Shown: positions 35,570-48,888, counted from the first letter of the stretch. The stretch: DNA of 64,000 nucleotides from Phoronis australis (GCA_002633005.1 NMRA01000071.1:823463-887462), one strand, 5' to 3'. A program made the numbers and translations. The notes: generated from the letters alone by a model not told the origin.

Positions 35570-37800
35570 CTCCATGACGGCGACATCCCGTTGCTCCCAA
35601 CTTGTTCGATTGTATAGCCCAACAACAACTTGGGAAGTTTACCCCCCATAGCCAGTTAACTCCATCCTGGCGTTGATGGTCGGAGGGCCTGTGCTCTTTT
35701 GTTTGATAATTGCTCTAATCTCCGATCAGGTCGTATCTAGCCTGACTGGGGTGGGCTGATAAAGATGAAAGTTAAGTTAAGCCAGATATTATCGCACGTT
35801 CAGCACCCCTCACGTCTGGAAAAGTTACTGAACGACAAGACGCTGTAGTGGAGTGGCCTGAGCGGCTGCACGGCTGTTAATCCACTGCGAGCGTGTTATT
35901 TTTTTTCGTTTTTTTCAAGAGAAACCACTAAGAACGCGCAAATTTATCATCTTCGTGTCACTCGATGCAAATATATTATATCCAGGAGACGTGCCGATCA
36001 CTCGGGACGTAGGCCTACTTTCGTGGTGCCCCAATAAGCCTTTTCATGGAGTGTTGAACAATGACCCCGGGTGATTTTTAATGGGGTCTAAATTTTATGT
36101 GAACTACTGTGAAGATGACCTCATTGGTCATATAAATGAATGACAGGTTTTTGGAGTTCATAGTAGGGCGTTCTCCCGTTCAGTACAGAGGTTGTGAGCG
36201 TGTGATAACATCTAGCTCCTTTGTTAAATGCCGAGCATAGTCTTTTGTCTGGGAGGACACCACTAGATGCAGACAAATTATCTGCCAGGCTTATAACCTA
36301 TCACATGTGACCACAGTCAAACCCAGTACGTTGGCACGTTCGGACATAATAGACTGTCTTAACTTCAATTGTAGTTGGGCGATTTCGGTGATTCAAAAAC
36401 TATAAGCTTGATCAGTATTTGATGGGCAATTCATAAAAGTCATTGCTTTATGTTCAAACATTTTATAACTTAACTTATTTTTAACAGCACAGCCCTGTGA
36501 AGATATAAGACTCTGTTCACGAGTGTTTTAACGTTTTGCAGATGTTCCACTGTTTATAAGTGCTCATGCTCACATGTCACGTGAGAGTTAGTCGAAATAT
36601 AGAGTCGATATCTTTAAGAAGGGCGTTGTTATTATTTTGTTATCATGTTTCATCGTAAATCGTTTTTAAAAATAAGAATTTAGTTGTGCACCATCGGCAC
36701 ATCGGAGATTAGACCAATTATCGAACAAAGAAAAGAGAGCTGACCCTCCAACCTAAATGCCAGAATGGACTTTATCAGTCGTCAGTGTAAGATATTGGCT
36801 ATAGCGGTCATCCGCCCAACTTAATTGTTGTGATATACAATTAAACAAGTTAGATTCAACGGGGGGACGCCGTAGTGTAAAAAGCAAAAACAGACTCCGT
36901 TCCTTTCCTGTTCACTCGCTCGGAATTGCCAACGTGCAAATATTCTTCTCTCACTGACGCACGATATTCCTCTCTCACGGATCTGAAGAGCCCCCGATCA
37001 AGCACCAGGCACTTTTAGGCGTTTTGTAGTATCCCCACACTGTGTAGTTGTGTGCTCACAAAGAGATCAGCCCCGCTCCTCACACATTATTTCGAACCGT
37101 TCCTGTCCATCCCCGCCCTTAATCTGATACATTACGGCGTTTTCCCGTTGCTCCCAACTTGTTCGATTCTATAGCCCACAACAAGTTGGGAAGATCCGAT
37201 GACCCCTGTAGCCAATATCTTACACGACTGATTAACTCCATTCTGGCATTTATGGTTGGAGGGCCGGCTCTCTTTTGTTCGATACTTGCTCTAATCTCCG
37301 ATGAGATCGTATCAGCTAGCCAAACTGGACTGTGCTGCTAAAAATGAAAGTTAAGTTATAACTTATTTGAACATAAATCAATAGCATTTCTGAATTCCTT
37401 GTCAAATGCTGATCATGTTTAGTGTTTTCATCACCAAAATCGCCAAACTACAACAGAAGTTAAGACTATTTATTCTGCCAGGTTTCAGTAACCCTTTGAA
37501 GCCTGGGAGATAATTGGCCTGCTTGTTATACTGGACAAAAGACTGTGCTGGGCAGTTAACAAAAGAGCCAGATGTTATTGCACGTTCAGCACCCCTCAAG
37601 TCTGGAAAAAGTTGCTGAACGACAGAACGCCGTCATGTATACGTACCGCGCGACCATCAGCCGAGAAATTTAGAATAAATTCTTCTCTCACCAGACGGTT
37701 GAATAATGACAGGACAGGTTTTCACGGACCTGGGGTCATTTTTTTCATGGCCTGAAAATTTTTCACATTAAATTTAGACCCTGTGAAAAAACTAACCGGG
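35570..37800. mobile_element. Cluster of three copies of the same ~500-650-bp MITE family in alternating orientation
   Basis: Copies at ~35572-35853 (internally deleted), ~36200-36878 (reverse) and ~37128-37639 share ttgctcccaacttgttcgatt, ttgctctaatctccgat and related blocks, with termini resembling TACAYKACGGCG. Confidence 0.7.
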
Positions 37801-40206
37801 CTTTTGGGTGTATTTCCATTCGGTTTCGAGTGGGAAATTCTGTACTTTGGGTAAAGGTTGGATGCGCAATTTAGTCCTACAGGTTTGATATTTTGGTTAC
37901 TATGCACTTTACTTTTAACGCAAGTTTCGTCACAAAACAGAGAGCTCGTAAGCAAGCACTGTAAATCTAAAAAAAAATCTAATATCAACTTCGACATAAG
38001 TACAGATTTTGCAGGGATTTGTTTGTTTTGATACAACAGAAAACATCTGATTTTGTAATACATATTTAGAAATGTGTTTTTAAAGCAGTATATATTTCAA
38101 TTGTACTGATTTCGATGCCCCGGCTGGGGTGTAAGTTCGGGGATGTTATTTTTCAGTACAAGTAAAAGTACAAATCATTGTTATTAATACTAAATGTTTA
38201 CTTAAATATAATTAGCAAACAGCATCATCATTGGATAACTGCATATGGTAGTCAATAATTATCTTTTTAATTGATCTTATAAGGTCTCAATCACCAGGCA
38301 AGACTGATGTGGAAACAACGCACAGAGTCGCTCCGCTTAAACTATGGTGGCAGAACATAAAAAGCTAGTTGCAGCACCACTAAACCCCATGGCCGAACCA
38401 AAACACCCATGACTCAATGACATGACCAAAAAACTTAACTCTTTGGCTGCAAGCATAACACTGCGAGCCCCCCGATTTTCTAACTGATGCCGTAGGGCTC
38501 CCAGTGCTTTTTCTATGTTGAGATCGCCGAGTCGAGCTTGTGTAGACTGGGTCGAGAGGGTTGTAGGTCGTGGGTCGAGGGGGTGGTGGGTCTAAGGGGT
38601 CCTGGGATGTAGGGGTCGAGAGGGTTTTTGAATAATCTGGCAGTCAATGGGCTGTGTGAAATTTTGGGGACTAACGGAGCTCAACACACAGTAGTGCGAT
38701 AGTCTTCATATAATGGGTAACTAACCAACTCTTCACGTTTACAGAGCTGAGTATTGGCTTGAAGTTGGCTGGCTGGCTAGAGTGCACATTGCCCACAGTC
38801 ACACCAGTGTAAACTGTTGATGCGGACTGGTTGCACCGGCAAATTTTCGTCTGAAGATCGCGAGGACTGAGTATCACTTTGTGTTGCCTCGGCTCAAACA
38901 GGTATCCCTGATGCCCCACATTTCACACTAAAATTTATTACGACAATATGAAGACCGCCACTTGACTGCACGCTTAAAATGGGACACTGATTTTACCCCC
39001 AGCGTACGTCACGAGAAACAGCGCTCCAAGCGGGTGATTTTTTGAGTTTCGTTAGAGAATATAAGTTTACTTTTTGATGTTGAATTATTTGCGAACATAA
39101 CCAACAATTCATAGAAAACTATGCAAAAATTATTCAGAATAAAATACAGTTCCCTTTTAAGGCACCATTACTATACGTACATGCCCCGAAGTAACCTGTC
39201 AGTTCCAGCAAGTCCATTTAGCCCCGCACGAGATCCCTTGTCAGCGAGTCAGCAAGCCTCTCTTTCCCTGGGTTGCATATTATGTGATATTAAGCAGCTT
39301 CACAGATATTCAGGTATGCCCTCAATTGTCCGGCAGGTTTTACGTTAACGCTGTTACCGTAAAGCATTTTATCCAAGGAATTGTATAGAATGCAATAGTT
39401 CAGAAGTAGACGCATGAGCCTCACGTGTTGATGGTAATGAAATGGCATTGATGACAGCAACGACGATGACGACAATAACAATAACAAAAATAATAGTAAA
39501 TTACTTATAAAATACAAAACTGTTACAGGAGTAACAGTAACAAAACCAATTTCATATTAATATTGATATTCATATAAACAAAGACAAATTCAGCAATACA
39601 TGTAAGTGCATGTTCTTAATGCGACTTCAACGAAATCTCGATAACTGAGTTCCTAAGCCACCTTTGTCGGTCAACAAGGGAGTAATCCTGCCGATCATGA
39701 CAAGACGAGCGCCATACGAGAATTAATGAAGCCACCTGGGTGAGTATTGATGTGAACTCACCAACGGCATGACGAATCAGCTGCATGAATTCCTGCCCAA
39801 GTTTGCCTCGATCAACGATTACGCGGTCGTAATTACGAGCGACACTTTCTCCGAACGGCACATCAATTCAATAACTTGAAGCCACCTTAGCGTCCCCTTA
39901 GTGTAAGATTACCTTAACTCGCACTGGAAAGTCGCCGTTATGTTATAACGTAATGTGGCCTCGAGGTCACCTTAGCACCACCCTACATGTATCTCTGACG
40001 TATGAGACGCGTACGTTCCGATCGAAAACTCAGAATTAAATGTACATTTTCTGTTCGTGTATTTACGCATAGGTAATTGTTCGTGTCCGCAGTGAATATC
40101 GTGTGGCTATGAAAAGCGCTTTCCACTCGGAGTGTCAGCAGACGTGGTGATCCAATCGCAGCTGCTTACCAGTCGATATTGTTTCCTTCCTTTCTGTGAG
40201 TACAGG

Positions 40207-40215
40207 TATATAAAA
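40207..40215 (+). promoter_or_regulatory. Putative TATA box of the LRR gene
   Basis: TATATAAAA about 100 bp upstream of the ATG at 40313. Confidence 0.5.
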
Positions 40216-40312
40216 TGCCTATCAACCGCAAGTATTCTCTCACACATGCAGTAGTATCGCGTGGAATGAGTACGCTGTATGTCATCTCACGATGTATTGA
40301 AGACTTTTGCTT

Positions 40313-43093
40313 ATGTTGCTAATCTGCTTAGCCGTGCGAATTAGCGTTGCTTCCTCATCAGGATGCGAAAAACCTGTTACGGTATTGACCGGAAAGTTTA
40401 TGGAAAAGTATTGGGGTAGAAGTTTCATCATTTTGGACAACTGTGGAATTCAGCAAATTGAACAAGGTGCATTCTCACCTGTGCGAGATCATACAGTAAG
40501 CCTAACTATTTCAATGAACAACTTGACCACTCTCGATGACGGATCCTTCGAGCAGTTAACAAACCTACAATTTTTTCGTCTGGACAGTAACGCCATCATG
40601 CGCCTCTCAGAGAGATCATTTGAAGGTCTTACTTCTCTACTCAGTCTGGATCTCAGAAATAACAGAATAAGTTTTATTCCAGATCATGTCTTTTCTCCAC
40701 TGCATTCTCTAAAATCCCTTGAAGTTCAGGCAAACAAGTTAAAAAGTCTACGCCGTGCACAGTTTAAAGGGTTAAGAGAGCTCCACAGCTTGTCGCTAGC
40801 TTTTAATGAGTTGTCTCACGTCGAACAAGGCGCTTTTGAAGACTTGAGGGAGCTTGTTGATCTCGACCTGTCTCATAATGGTTTACTTTCTATTCCGCCT
40901 GGTTTATGTCACGATTTACCGAGTCTGCGTTCACTGGGTCTGAGTAATAACCAAGTACGATCTCTTCATCGGTCGCCATTCCGGGAGTGCAATTCTTTAG
41001 TCATTCTGGCACTTGATGAGAATCGAATAGACGAATTACAACAAGACAGTCTGGTGGGTCTTGACGTCATGGAACGGCTTAGTATTGCAGGAAATGGCAT
41101 GACGAAAATACATGACTCTGCCTTGAGTTCAGTAGTCAAGCTGAACGTTTTACTTCTAGGACGTAACAATTTTTTTAACTCATTGTCCAAATCAACGTTC
41201 GCGGCTGTCCGTCACCTTGAAGTATTATACTTACACTCGAGCAATATTTATGAGTTACCAGAAGGGATTTTCAAAAACCTTTCATCTCTGAACTTAATTG
41301 TTCTCAGTGAAAATAAGATGACAACCTTGACTGGAGGCATACTATACGGACTGTCAAGTTTAACTGACTTAATCGTCAGTAATAGCAGCTTATCATATGT
41401 GGACTTCAATACATTTCAGCAAACAGAGAATCTCAAAAAGCTGGATATTTCTTACAATAATTTAACAACAATGTTTCATGTTCCAGAAAGTTTAAGAGCT
41501 TTGGATATTCGCGGCAATACCTTGTCTTTTATACCACGTGACGCATTCTTCGATCGAACTTTGGATGTTTTAAGAATTGAGACGAGACAGCCTGAGGTCT
41601 TCCCCCCTATACATGTGAGCTCAACTCTGGAGATCTTTCTACACACAATAAGCGACAACAGTACTTTTCAAAAGTCAATTTCTGCCCCGGTTATTCACAT
41701 CTACTACCTTGGAAGGAGAGATGTTACTGTTGGTCGTACATTTCTAGAAAACATTCAAGGCTTGGATATGAACTTGAACGGGATGAAGATTCGACGGATA
41801 GAAAGTCACGCGTTTTCTCATCAAACTACGGTGTATTCTCTCAGTCTCAACTCGAATAGGCTAACAATAATTTTTGCAGCGATGTTTTTTGGACTTGGAA
41901 ACCTCAAAAGAATTGATCTGTCCAAAAACAGCATACACCTGATAGAGTCTGGTACTCTGGAAGCCCTACCCAACCTTACGTCATTGGTTTTAAGCGATAA
42001 TAAATTGAGAATTCTTGATCAACATATGCTGACGTCTAACTCTCTGACATTGGCCTTTTTTACATCCAACTTGATCGAACACGTGGAAGAGGCTGCTTTT
42101 CAAAGACTCCCAAACTTGGAGATGTTAAGTTTGCACAGCAATCGGTTGCTTTACATTGATTCAGCAATGTTCAAGAACGCTTCGCGTTCAATTCGTCAAC
42201 TCAACCTGGGGCACAATATGATTCAGCAAATAGAACCCGGTGCCTTCAACAACCTCGTAAATCTCAAGCAATTGTCACTGACAAACAACCGGTTAATGAC
42301 CATCCAGACTAAGGTGTTTGGCAACTTGAAGAAACTTGTATCAATTCGACTTTCCCATAACGAAATTGAATTCATAGCCGAAAACGCGTTACCGCAAGCT
42401 ATGCAAGTAGATATATCATACAACAAATTGCGATCGATTTCAATTTACAGTTTCCAGAAAACTGCCGGCACGACATCAACGAAACCGATGGAGCTTTTGT
42501 TCGCGGGAAACCCTCTCCACTGTAACTGCTTTCTACGGCCTCTTCAGGAACTTCTAAAGAACGGATCTCTGAAGTTTTTACGAAACAGCAATCGAGTTTG
42601 TTCCACACCTGCCACTGTAACTATGCGGAATTTCACTTCTTCCAACCTAACTTGCCAGAAACCAGTTTTCACCAGCTTAGCAATAATGAGGGAGGCCGAG
42701 GTTGCTACTATCGAGTGTGTGTTTTCCGGAGACCCTCCTCCCGAAGTTCATATTCAAAACTTGCCCAAACCAATCTTGAATGTTTCTAGTCATTCCTCCT
42801 ATCCCTACAGTTCAATAAAAGTCGCCGTCAACGCACTTGATATGCAGCTGCCTCGCGTTAACGAGTATTTGTGTGAGGCAGAAAACACGATGGGTTATGC
42901 CGTCTTCAAAATGGGAAAGTCTCAGTCGTTTACCAAGAATGCAGAAGGCGTGAGATACATTGGCGAAGGAGTCGAAATTGCTCTCATCGTCTGCGCAACT
43001 GGTTTTGTTGTTTCCTCCGTTGGCCTCGTTCTGGCTGTTGTTTACATCAAGCGGTTGATTATGAGGCGTGAGGTGAAAGAGAGTTCTACGTAA
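40313..43093 (+). CDS. Single-exon leucine-rich-repeat + Ig-like type I transmembrane protein (926 aa)
   Basis: Uninterrupted ORF with first ATG at 40313. Signal-peptide-like N-terminus, more than 20 LxxLxLxxN repeats, LRRCT (GNPLHCNC...C), Ig-like segment (IECVFSGDPPPEV...YLCEAENTMG), TM helix (IALIVCATGFVVSSVGLVLAVVYI) and a short basic tail. Confidence 0.92.
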   Translation: MLLICLAVRISVASSSGCEKPVTVLTGKFMEKYWGRSFIILDNCGIQQIEQGAFSPVRDHTVSLTISMNNLTTLDDGSFEQLTNLQFFRLDSNAIMRLSERSFEGLTSLLSLDLRNNRISFIPDHVFSPLHSLKSLEVQANKLKSLRRAQFKGLRELHSLSLAFNELSHVEQGAFEDLRELVDLDLSHNGLLSIPPGLCHDLPSLRSLGLSNNQVRSLHRSPFRECNSLVILALDENRIDELQQDSLVGLDVMERLSIAGNGMTKIHDSALSSVVKLNVLLLGRNNFFNSLSKSTFAAVRHLEVLYLHSSNIYELPEGIFKNLSSLNLIVLSENKMTTLTGGILYGLSSLTDLIVSNSSLSYVDFNTFQQTENLKKLDISYNNLTTMFHVPESLRALDIRGNTLSFIPRDAFFDRTLDVLRIETRQPEVFPPIHVSSTLEIFLHTISDNSTFQKSISAPVIHIYYLGRRDVTVGRTFLENIQGLDMNLNGMKIRRIESHAFSHQTTVYSLSLNSNRLTIIFAAMFFGLGNLKRIDLSKNSIHLIESGTLEALPNLTSLVLSDNKLRILDQHMLTSNSLTLAFFTSNLIEHVEEAAFQRLPNLEMLSLHSNRLLYIDSAMFKNASRSIRQLNLGHNMIQQIEPGAFNNLVNLKQLSLTNNRLMTIQTKVFGNLKKLVSIRLSHNEIEFIAENALPQAMQVDISYNKLRSISIYSFQKTAGTTSTKPMELLFAGNPLHCNCFLRPLQELLKNGSLKFLRNSNRVCSTPATVTMRNFTSSNLTCQKPVFTSLAIMREAEVATIECVFSGDPPPEVHIQNLPKPILNVSSHSSYPYSSIKVAVNALDMQLPRVNEYLCEAENTMGYAVFKMGKSQSFTKNAEGVRYIGEGVEIALIVCATGFVVSSVGLVLAVVYIKRLIMRREVKESST

Positions 43094-44349
43094 TGACGAA
43101 AACAGCTATATAGGCCTACGGATTGACACTTCACTTGTCAGTCAGTTTTAATGCCGATGTAAAAATTTCACTCAAAATGTAACTGATATCACTAATTTAA
43201 AAATGTTTATATAGTAGCTTAACTAAGATAAGAAATTATAGCCGTTGACTTGAAGTTGTGAACTGGTTATGTGCTAATCAAGTCGTCCAAGCATTATAAG
43301 GTTATCCTCACAGATAGTCGTTGGCAATTTTGCTTCAGACCCTTGAGACGTAACCATTCAGGCGAGAATGAGCGTTATAGGCCCAACCAACATAATGCTT
43401 AGTGCTTACAACAACCTCGAATACGACCATATGTTTTGATGATATGTGCGATTCGGAGTGGTCTCGAAAAGTGTCCATATTGCCGGAGACTACTATTATG
43501 AAAAGTTGCTCGTGCCGACGACGCAGTAATAACAATCTGACAGACAATATTTCAGTTCTTGTGTTTCAAAAAGACCCTAAGATCGCTCAGAAATGGCACA
43601 CGTTGGGGCTTCGGACAATGGTATGGCAGTACCCGGTGGATGAAGTGGTCAGTTCAGAGGTCACGGTGGGCTCACGGCAGCTCATTTCTAAAATATCGTG
43701 CTTCGACCCGTCGCAGGAACGGAGATTTGATAAAGGTTTCGTCAACATGTAAGCTCGTTTGATGAACAAAACAGATCATTGTGATGTACCATTGCTGAAT
43801 GTGTTGTCAGACACATTTTGAGTGATCCTTAGTTTCTGTCCGACCGTCAGCACAGCAGAGTAATCTTGTAACAGGCAAGACAGAAACCAGTATCATTTAC
43901 TAGAAATAAATTCCAATTGGCACTGCAATAATTAGACATGACAGTTCATGATAAACGCAGTCGGCATGCAAAGAAATGAAATCAATATTGCCGCTATTCG
44001 CGACTGGGATTTGGTAGTCAGAGTATTAGAGCGATTATAGATTTAGCAGTTCGTGACATATACATATTACTCGACACTAAAGTGGCTAGAAAATTAAACA
44101 GTAATTTAATAAAAGACTAGAAATGTAGAAATGCCATCTCTGAAATCATTATTCTACAGGCTGAGTATCGGACACGGCTTGACGATATGTCGCGGTCTCA
44201 CTCATTATCCGTTTCACCCGTGTGGCCTGAGTCACGGTCGTCTTCGCCCCCATCTCCATACCTGTATTCATAATAATCGTCAAGCTCGCTTTCTAAGTCT
44301 TCGTAACTTACAAAATGACTACTATCCGCCATTACGTATATGGTGACAA

Positions 44350-45000
44350 CTGATCTGGTTAGGTTGTCAACGTAGGGTTCTTTTCACGGATGCAAGTGTC
44401 CAAGAAAAGTAGGTGACCGTACTTGACGTTATGATCAAGGTTGTTAATGTGATCGTTGAATTCTTCAACAAAACATTCCTTCTTATGTACAAAGGTGTCA
44501 TCCACGTATCGGTACGAAAGAAGAAGTGTGTGAGGGGCCTCCTCAAACCTTGAGAGCTTGAACGTGTCCATGCATGTGTACAGATTGGTTATTATGGGTC
44601 TGATAGGTGAGCCCATCGTTGCACCAAGTTCTTGTCAGTAAAACACATCTTTGTACACCAAGTATGCGGTGCTGAGCTGCAAGCTGGGTTGGTCCTTGCC
44701 CATGGTGGTATAGGAAGCCCATGATTGGTCACGACGCTTGAAACCATAGGTGTGCATGGTATGTTTACTTCATGAATCTTAAGATTCTACAACATCTCCT
44801 ATCCCCCTTAGAGGCGGGGGAAGGCCTCACAAAATGCCGTCTACAACTCCCTAGTTTCACGTGACGGCCAGTCGGTGTCTCACCTGGCTTCCAAGCGACG
44901 GGGAAAGGCGGGAAGTTTAGTCCTACATCAGTCAGCACTGAAGAAGGGCCCGGGTAGGTCCCAAAACTTTGCGATCCAAAGGTTCACCATACTCCGAATC
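44350..45000 (-). mobile_element. Penelope-like RT fragment with an adjacent, oppositely oriented pseudo-LTR
   Basis: Minus-strand GATMGSPIRPIITNLY...YRYVDDTFV...FNDHINNLD...LFLD is a PLE RT. Plus-strand CTGAAGA-AGGGCC...GGTCC-CAAAAC at 44938-44967 is a decayed hammerhead. Confidence 0.8.
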
Positions 45001-45347
45001 TATAATTTTCCATCACTCATCATAAGAATGATTCTAAATATCAAAACTGTTCTCTGTTAGTCCATTTGAATGATAACCCATGTACACGCTGAGACTGGAC
45101 TTAGTCTGTTTAAACCGATGTGGGTAAAAATGGCCAAGTAGAATCTGACACAAAAATGACATTACAACTTCACTCTTCCTTGAGCTAACTAAATTTGTTA
45201 ACAGTGATAAAAAGACCAACAGTCTATCTTTATTCTGTGACTACATTTATGGAGCAATAGGATGCATCGCTTTCAGGCTCATGAAATAGAGTCTCACCTA
45301 TTGGACAATTTCTCTGTCAATTTTTCAATCAGCTGCTCTTCTTCCAA

Positions 45348-45432
45348 AAGGATGTGTACAGTCCACAAAAGGATGTGTACAGTCCACTAAAGGATGTGTA
45401 CAGCCCCACAAAATGATGTGTACAGTCCGCAC
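45348..45432. repeat. 21-22-bp tandem repeat, 4 copies
   Basis: aaaggatgtgtacagtccac(a/t) repeated. Confidence 0.85.
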
Positions 45433-48400
45433 AAAGTTATCGGAGTTACAGTAGTTCATAGCATTTACTGTATTATTATGGGCAAAATGAATTTCTGCAA
45501 AAATGTTACACCAGAAAATATGTCGCTTAGCTCGTGGCGTGTTTGGGTGTCAGTTGCGCACTGTTTTCAACTCTACAACAGATTTCTCTATGCTACCGAC
45601 GCATAGAATGACGCAAAACACGACGTTGGTTAATTTTTTTTCGCTTAAATGACTGTAACCGTTACTGCGAGACGGTTAACTTTCAGATTTGCATGCCCCT
45701 ACCGGTCATTAACTCTACATATTGAGATAAGCCTCGGGACGAGCTGACAAGCAGAACCAACCCAGCCCGTGCGAAATTTCAAGGTCTATGCGAAGTTAAT
45801 ACAGCGATACCTATAACCCTTACCAGGACTCTTTTGAGACTTTTTATGAATGAAACATTAAAAGAAACGAAAATACTTTGTTCTTGTTTTTATCTGAATT
45901 GACACAAGCCTATCTTAATTTTACATAGCACTGTGGAATCAGGACCTTCCGTTTTTATCGTAAGGTTGTTTTTTACAATCTGAGACAGGTGACGGTCCCG
46001 AACGGGACTTTATGTCATTTTGATTGCAATCAGCCCATGCAATGATTTTTTTGTATTAGGTTAACATCATCGATTATTACCAAAAAATATTAATTGTTGG
46101 AACTGAAAATGTTTCCACATTTCATTCACGTTTTCCTGTCTATTGTGGTAAACTGAAAGACTTTTAAAATTAATCAAATGTCTGATGTCAGTGTAAGTCA
46201 AAGTCACAAGCAGACAAAATGATTTTTTTCCAAATTATCTTGTCAAAAGACTTTTCGAATGAAAAATTGTAATGTCATTAAAAATACAATCTAAGACATT
46301 TCTATTAGTATTATTCAATTAAAAATTACTAAAATATCTTTTCAGTAACTGAAGAAATACAGTCATCAAATTCGTTGCGTTCATTTCAACGCCTTCTCTT
46401 TTCCAGACTGAACACTTTATTTGACGCAAATTTGTTTTTAACCATGTAAATTCATCGTTTTTGTCTTTAAGTTATTGTTTCTCCATAATTCTACCCGTAT
46501 TTTCTAATTTAAATTTTGGATACATCATTTTATAGCAAAACGAGGCTTTAACAATTTCGGACCTCATATTATCACTGAATACCTTTTCCAAACCTCAACA
46601 AAATTGCGCAGCACGAAAACAGATTGAGATTCTGAGCTGTTACGTATGCTAAAGCGGAACAACTTCGCGGTTAGCAATTTCCTGACGATCGATAAAGTGC
46701 GGAATAGGTGCTCAAGCTGCCACAACTTCCTGTCAAAAGGTATCAAACTGTAGAGCACCTCTCGTGTGATCTAATTGGACATGTTATTGAAGGAAATGTA
46801 GCTCTTAAATCCATCTCGTGCCTCACGACGAAGCATATCCACCCTAAACACATTCCGTCACAGCCGTTGTGCTTTGTGCACGACATTTAAAGATAAAACT
46901 TACATTTTACGCTGCAGTTATGCGATGTAGTCAACATAGTTTTTTCTGATTTATTTCATTCTTTGGAAATGTTTGATAATCGGCACAGAGTTACGGTATT
47001 TGTTGACACCAGAAAATGATGTAATTCCTTTTTTCTCATCACAAAACTCTTTCATTAATAACAAAGGGGCGTTGGAGAGGGGTGTTGTCGCACCCGGCAA
47101 TATTATCGCCCCTATGTGTCGAGTTTGGCGATATGTGCTGTCATATTGTGAAGGCATATATTAATGTGTCGCTCCCTAAACGCATTTACCTTTCGCTGCA
47201 TTGCTTGAGCGTGCACTTCCATGCATGGAGCATTACGCGGTACTGCGTGTAAGGCGCAATTAATGAAGCAATGGGTGAATTCAAACTTTAACGAGGAACT
47301 ATCCCAGTAGATGATTACGCCAGTTCAACATGTCTCCCTTGCAGGAATCGGGTGTTCACACATTTTACAATCGGACCGGACCAAACAAAGTACAAATGAA
47401 ACCAAAACAACGGAGCTAGAATTAACTTCAAATCCCAGGTTTGAATAACAGTTAGTGTAAAGTCTCACAGCGTCCAACCTGGCGAGTTTCTTGGCTCAAA
47501 ACAATAGAATTCTAAATCCGAAAATTTGCGTTGGGTTGTCTCGGTACTTTCAACTACCTTTTGAGCTGACTGATTGGTTTGTTCTATCATGCAACCACTT
47601 GTTTTATGTCTGTGGTTCAGTTGAGAAATTATGTAGTACACTGTAAGTGGTCATATCTTAGTTATAGGAATGTGAATGAGACGCCTCAATATTTGACTCA
47701 CATAAAACGACAGAAAAAGACTACATCTGCGAGTAAATAATGACAAATACAAAAGTATGTTTACGGAACAAAGTTCGTTGAGTGCCTATTTGGGACTGTT
47801 TTATACAACTCAGACAGGGATCCCGCCAAACATAGCCTAACGGGGAAAAGGAAAAATAGTCTGCCGGCATCCGTTCGAGGACCCCCGTGAACATTTGATT
47901 TCTAAAGCTACATGTACGGCTGACCCCTTGCGACATCCTAGATCCGCCATAGTGCACAGAATGTGTCAAAACGTTCTTTCTTTCATGCTGTAGTGTTGCC
48001 TAGTGTTGTCAATGCAACCTCCAATTTGAATCCGGAACAGTTAGTCTTGAGCTGAACCGTCCGAAATAGAATTGTGACAAACTTAGTAATTTACATTGTA
48101 GTTTGTATGTTAACTAATTAGTCAGAACTTTAGAATTGAAAACAACAACTTTGCTTAGGCTGACAGTATGCTATTTGGGGATATTCACAGAGCTCTTGAT
48201 ATATCATTTATCCAGGTTCAGTAACGTGTGTCAGATTATCTGTTCAGCTAAATAAGGTATTATGAACAATATCGAATATTTACTGGAGCAGTGATAGGTT
48301 CTCTTTATTGATTGGTCAATATTTAATGCCATTGAAGGCAGAGTCACTGTCAGTCGTGAGTCACGTGTGTGCACTCACTGTTCATATGTCAGGCATCTGT

Positions 48401-48888
48401 ATGATGTATGTCAGTGCAAGTGGAGACAAAATCACATGTGAAAGATATGCCACCAGTCAAAATTTGAATCGGAAGGGACCAATGTATCTCCTGAACTAGC
48501 TCCTAGATTTGAGACCATGTCGGCATGTTTTTTTTAGCTGCAACCGGGGAGTGCGTTCAATTTTTTTAACCCCAATCAAGAAAATCTCCTGCAAAGGTTA
48601 CTGATATATCTATTCGTCACTTTCTGTGTGGTCCAGCCGTTTCGTAACTGCATGAATTATGAGGGACAGTAGGCCTATTTAGAGGATAGGGTCCCGTCTT
48701 TTATAGCTGTCCGTGACTTTGAGAATCGGGTATTCACTGACCTCGATTCAATGGATGAAACTGGTTCCCCGAAGCGATCAGAACTATATTCAACCATAAC
48801 TTTTAGAATGGACTATGGTGCTGCCTGTGTCGATGACGGCAGTAATGCCGATCACGGCGGCATGAAGTCACGTATTATGAGTGCTATA

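Noticed and set aside
40966-42789. Short antisense and alternate-frame ORFs within the LRR gene (likewise within the ENaC exon)
   Set aside because: Shadow ORFs of a long coding sequence.
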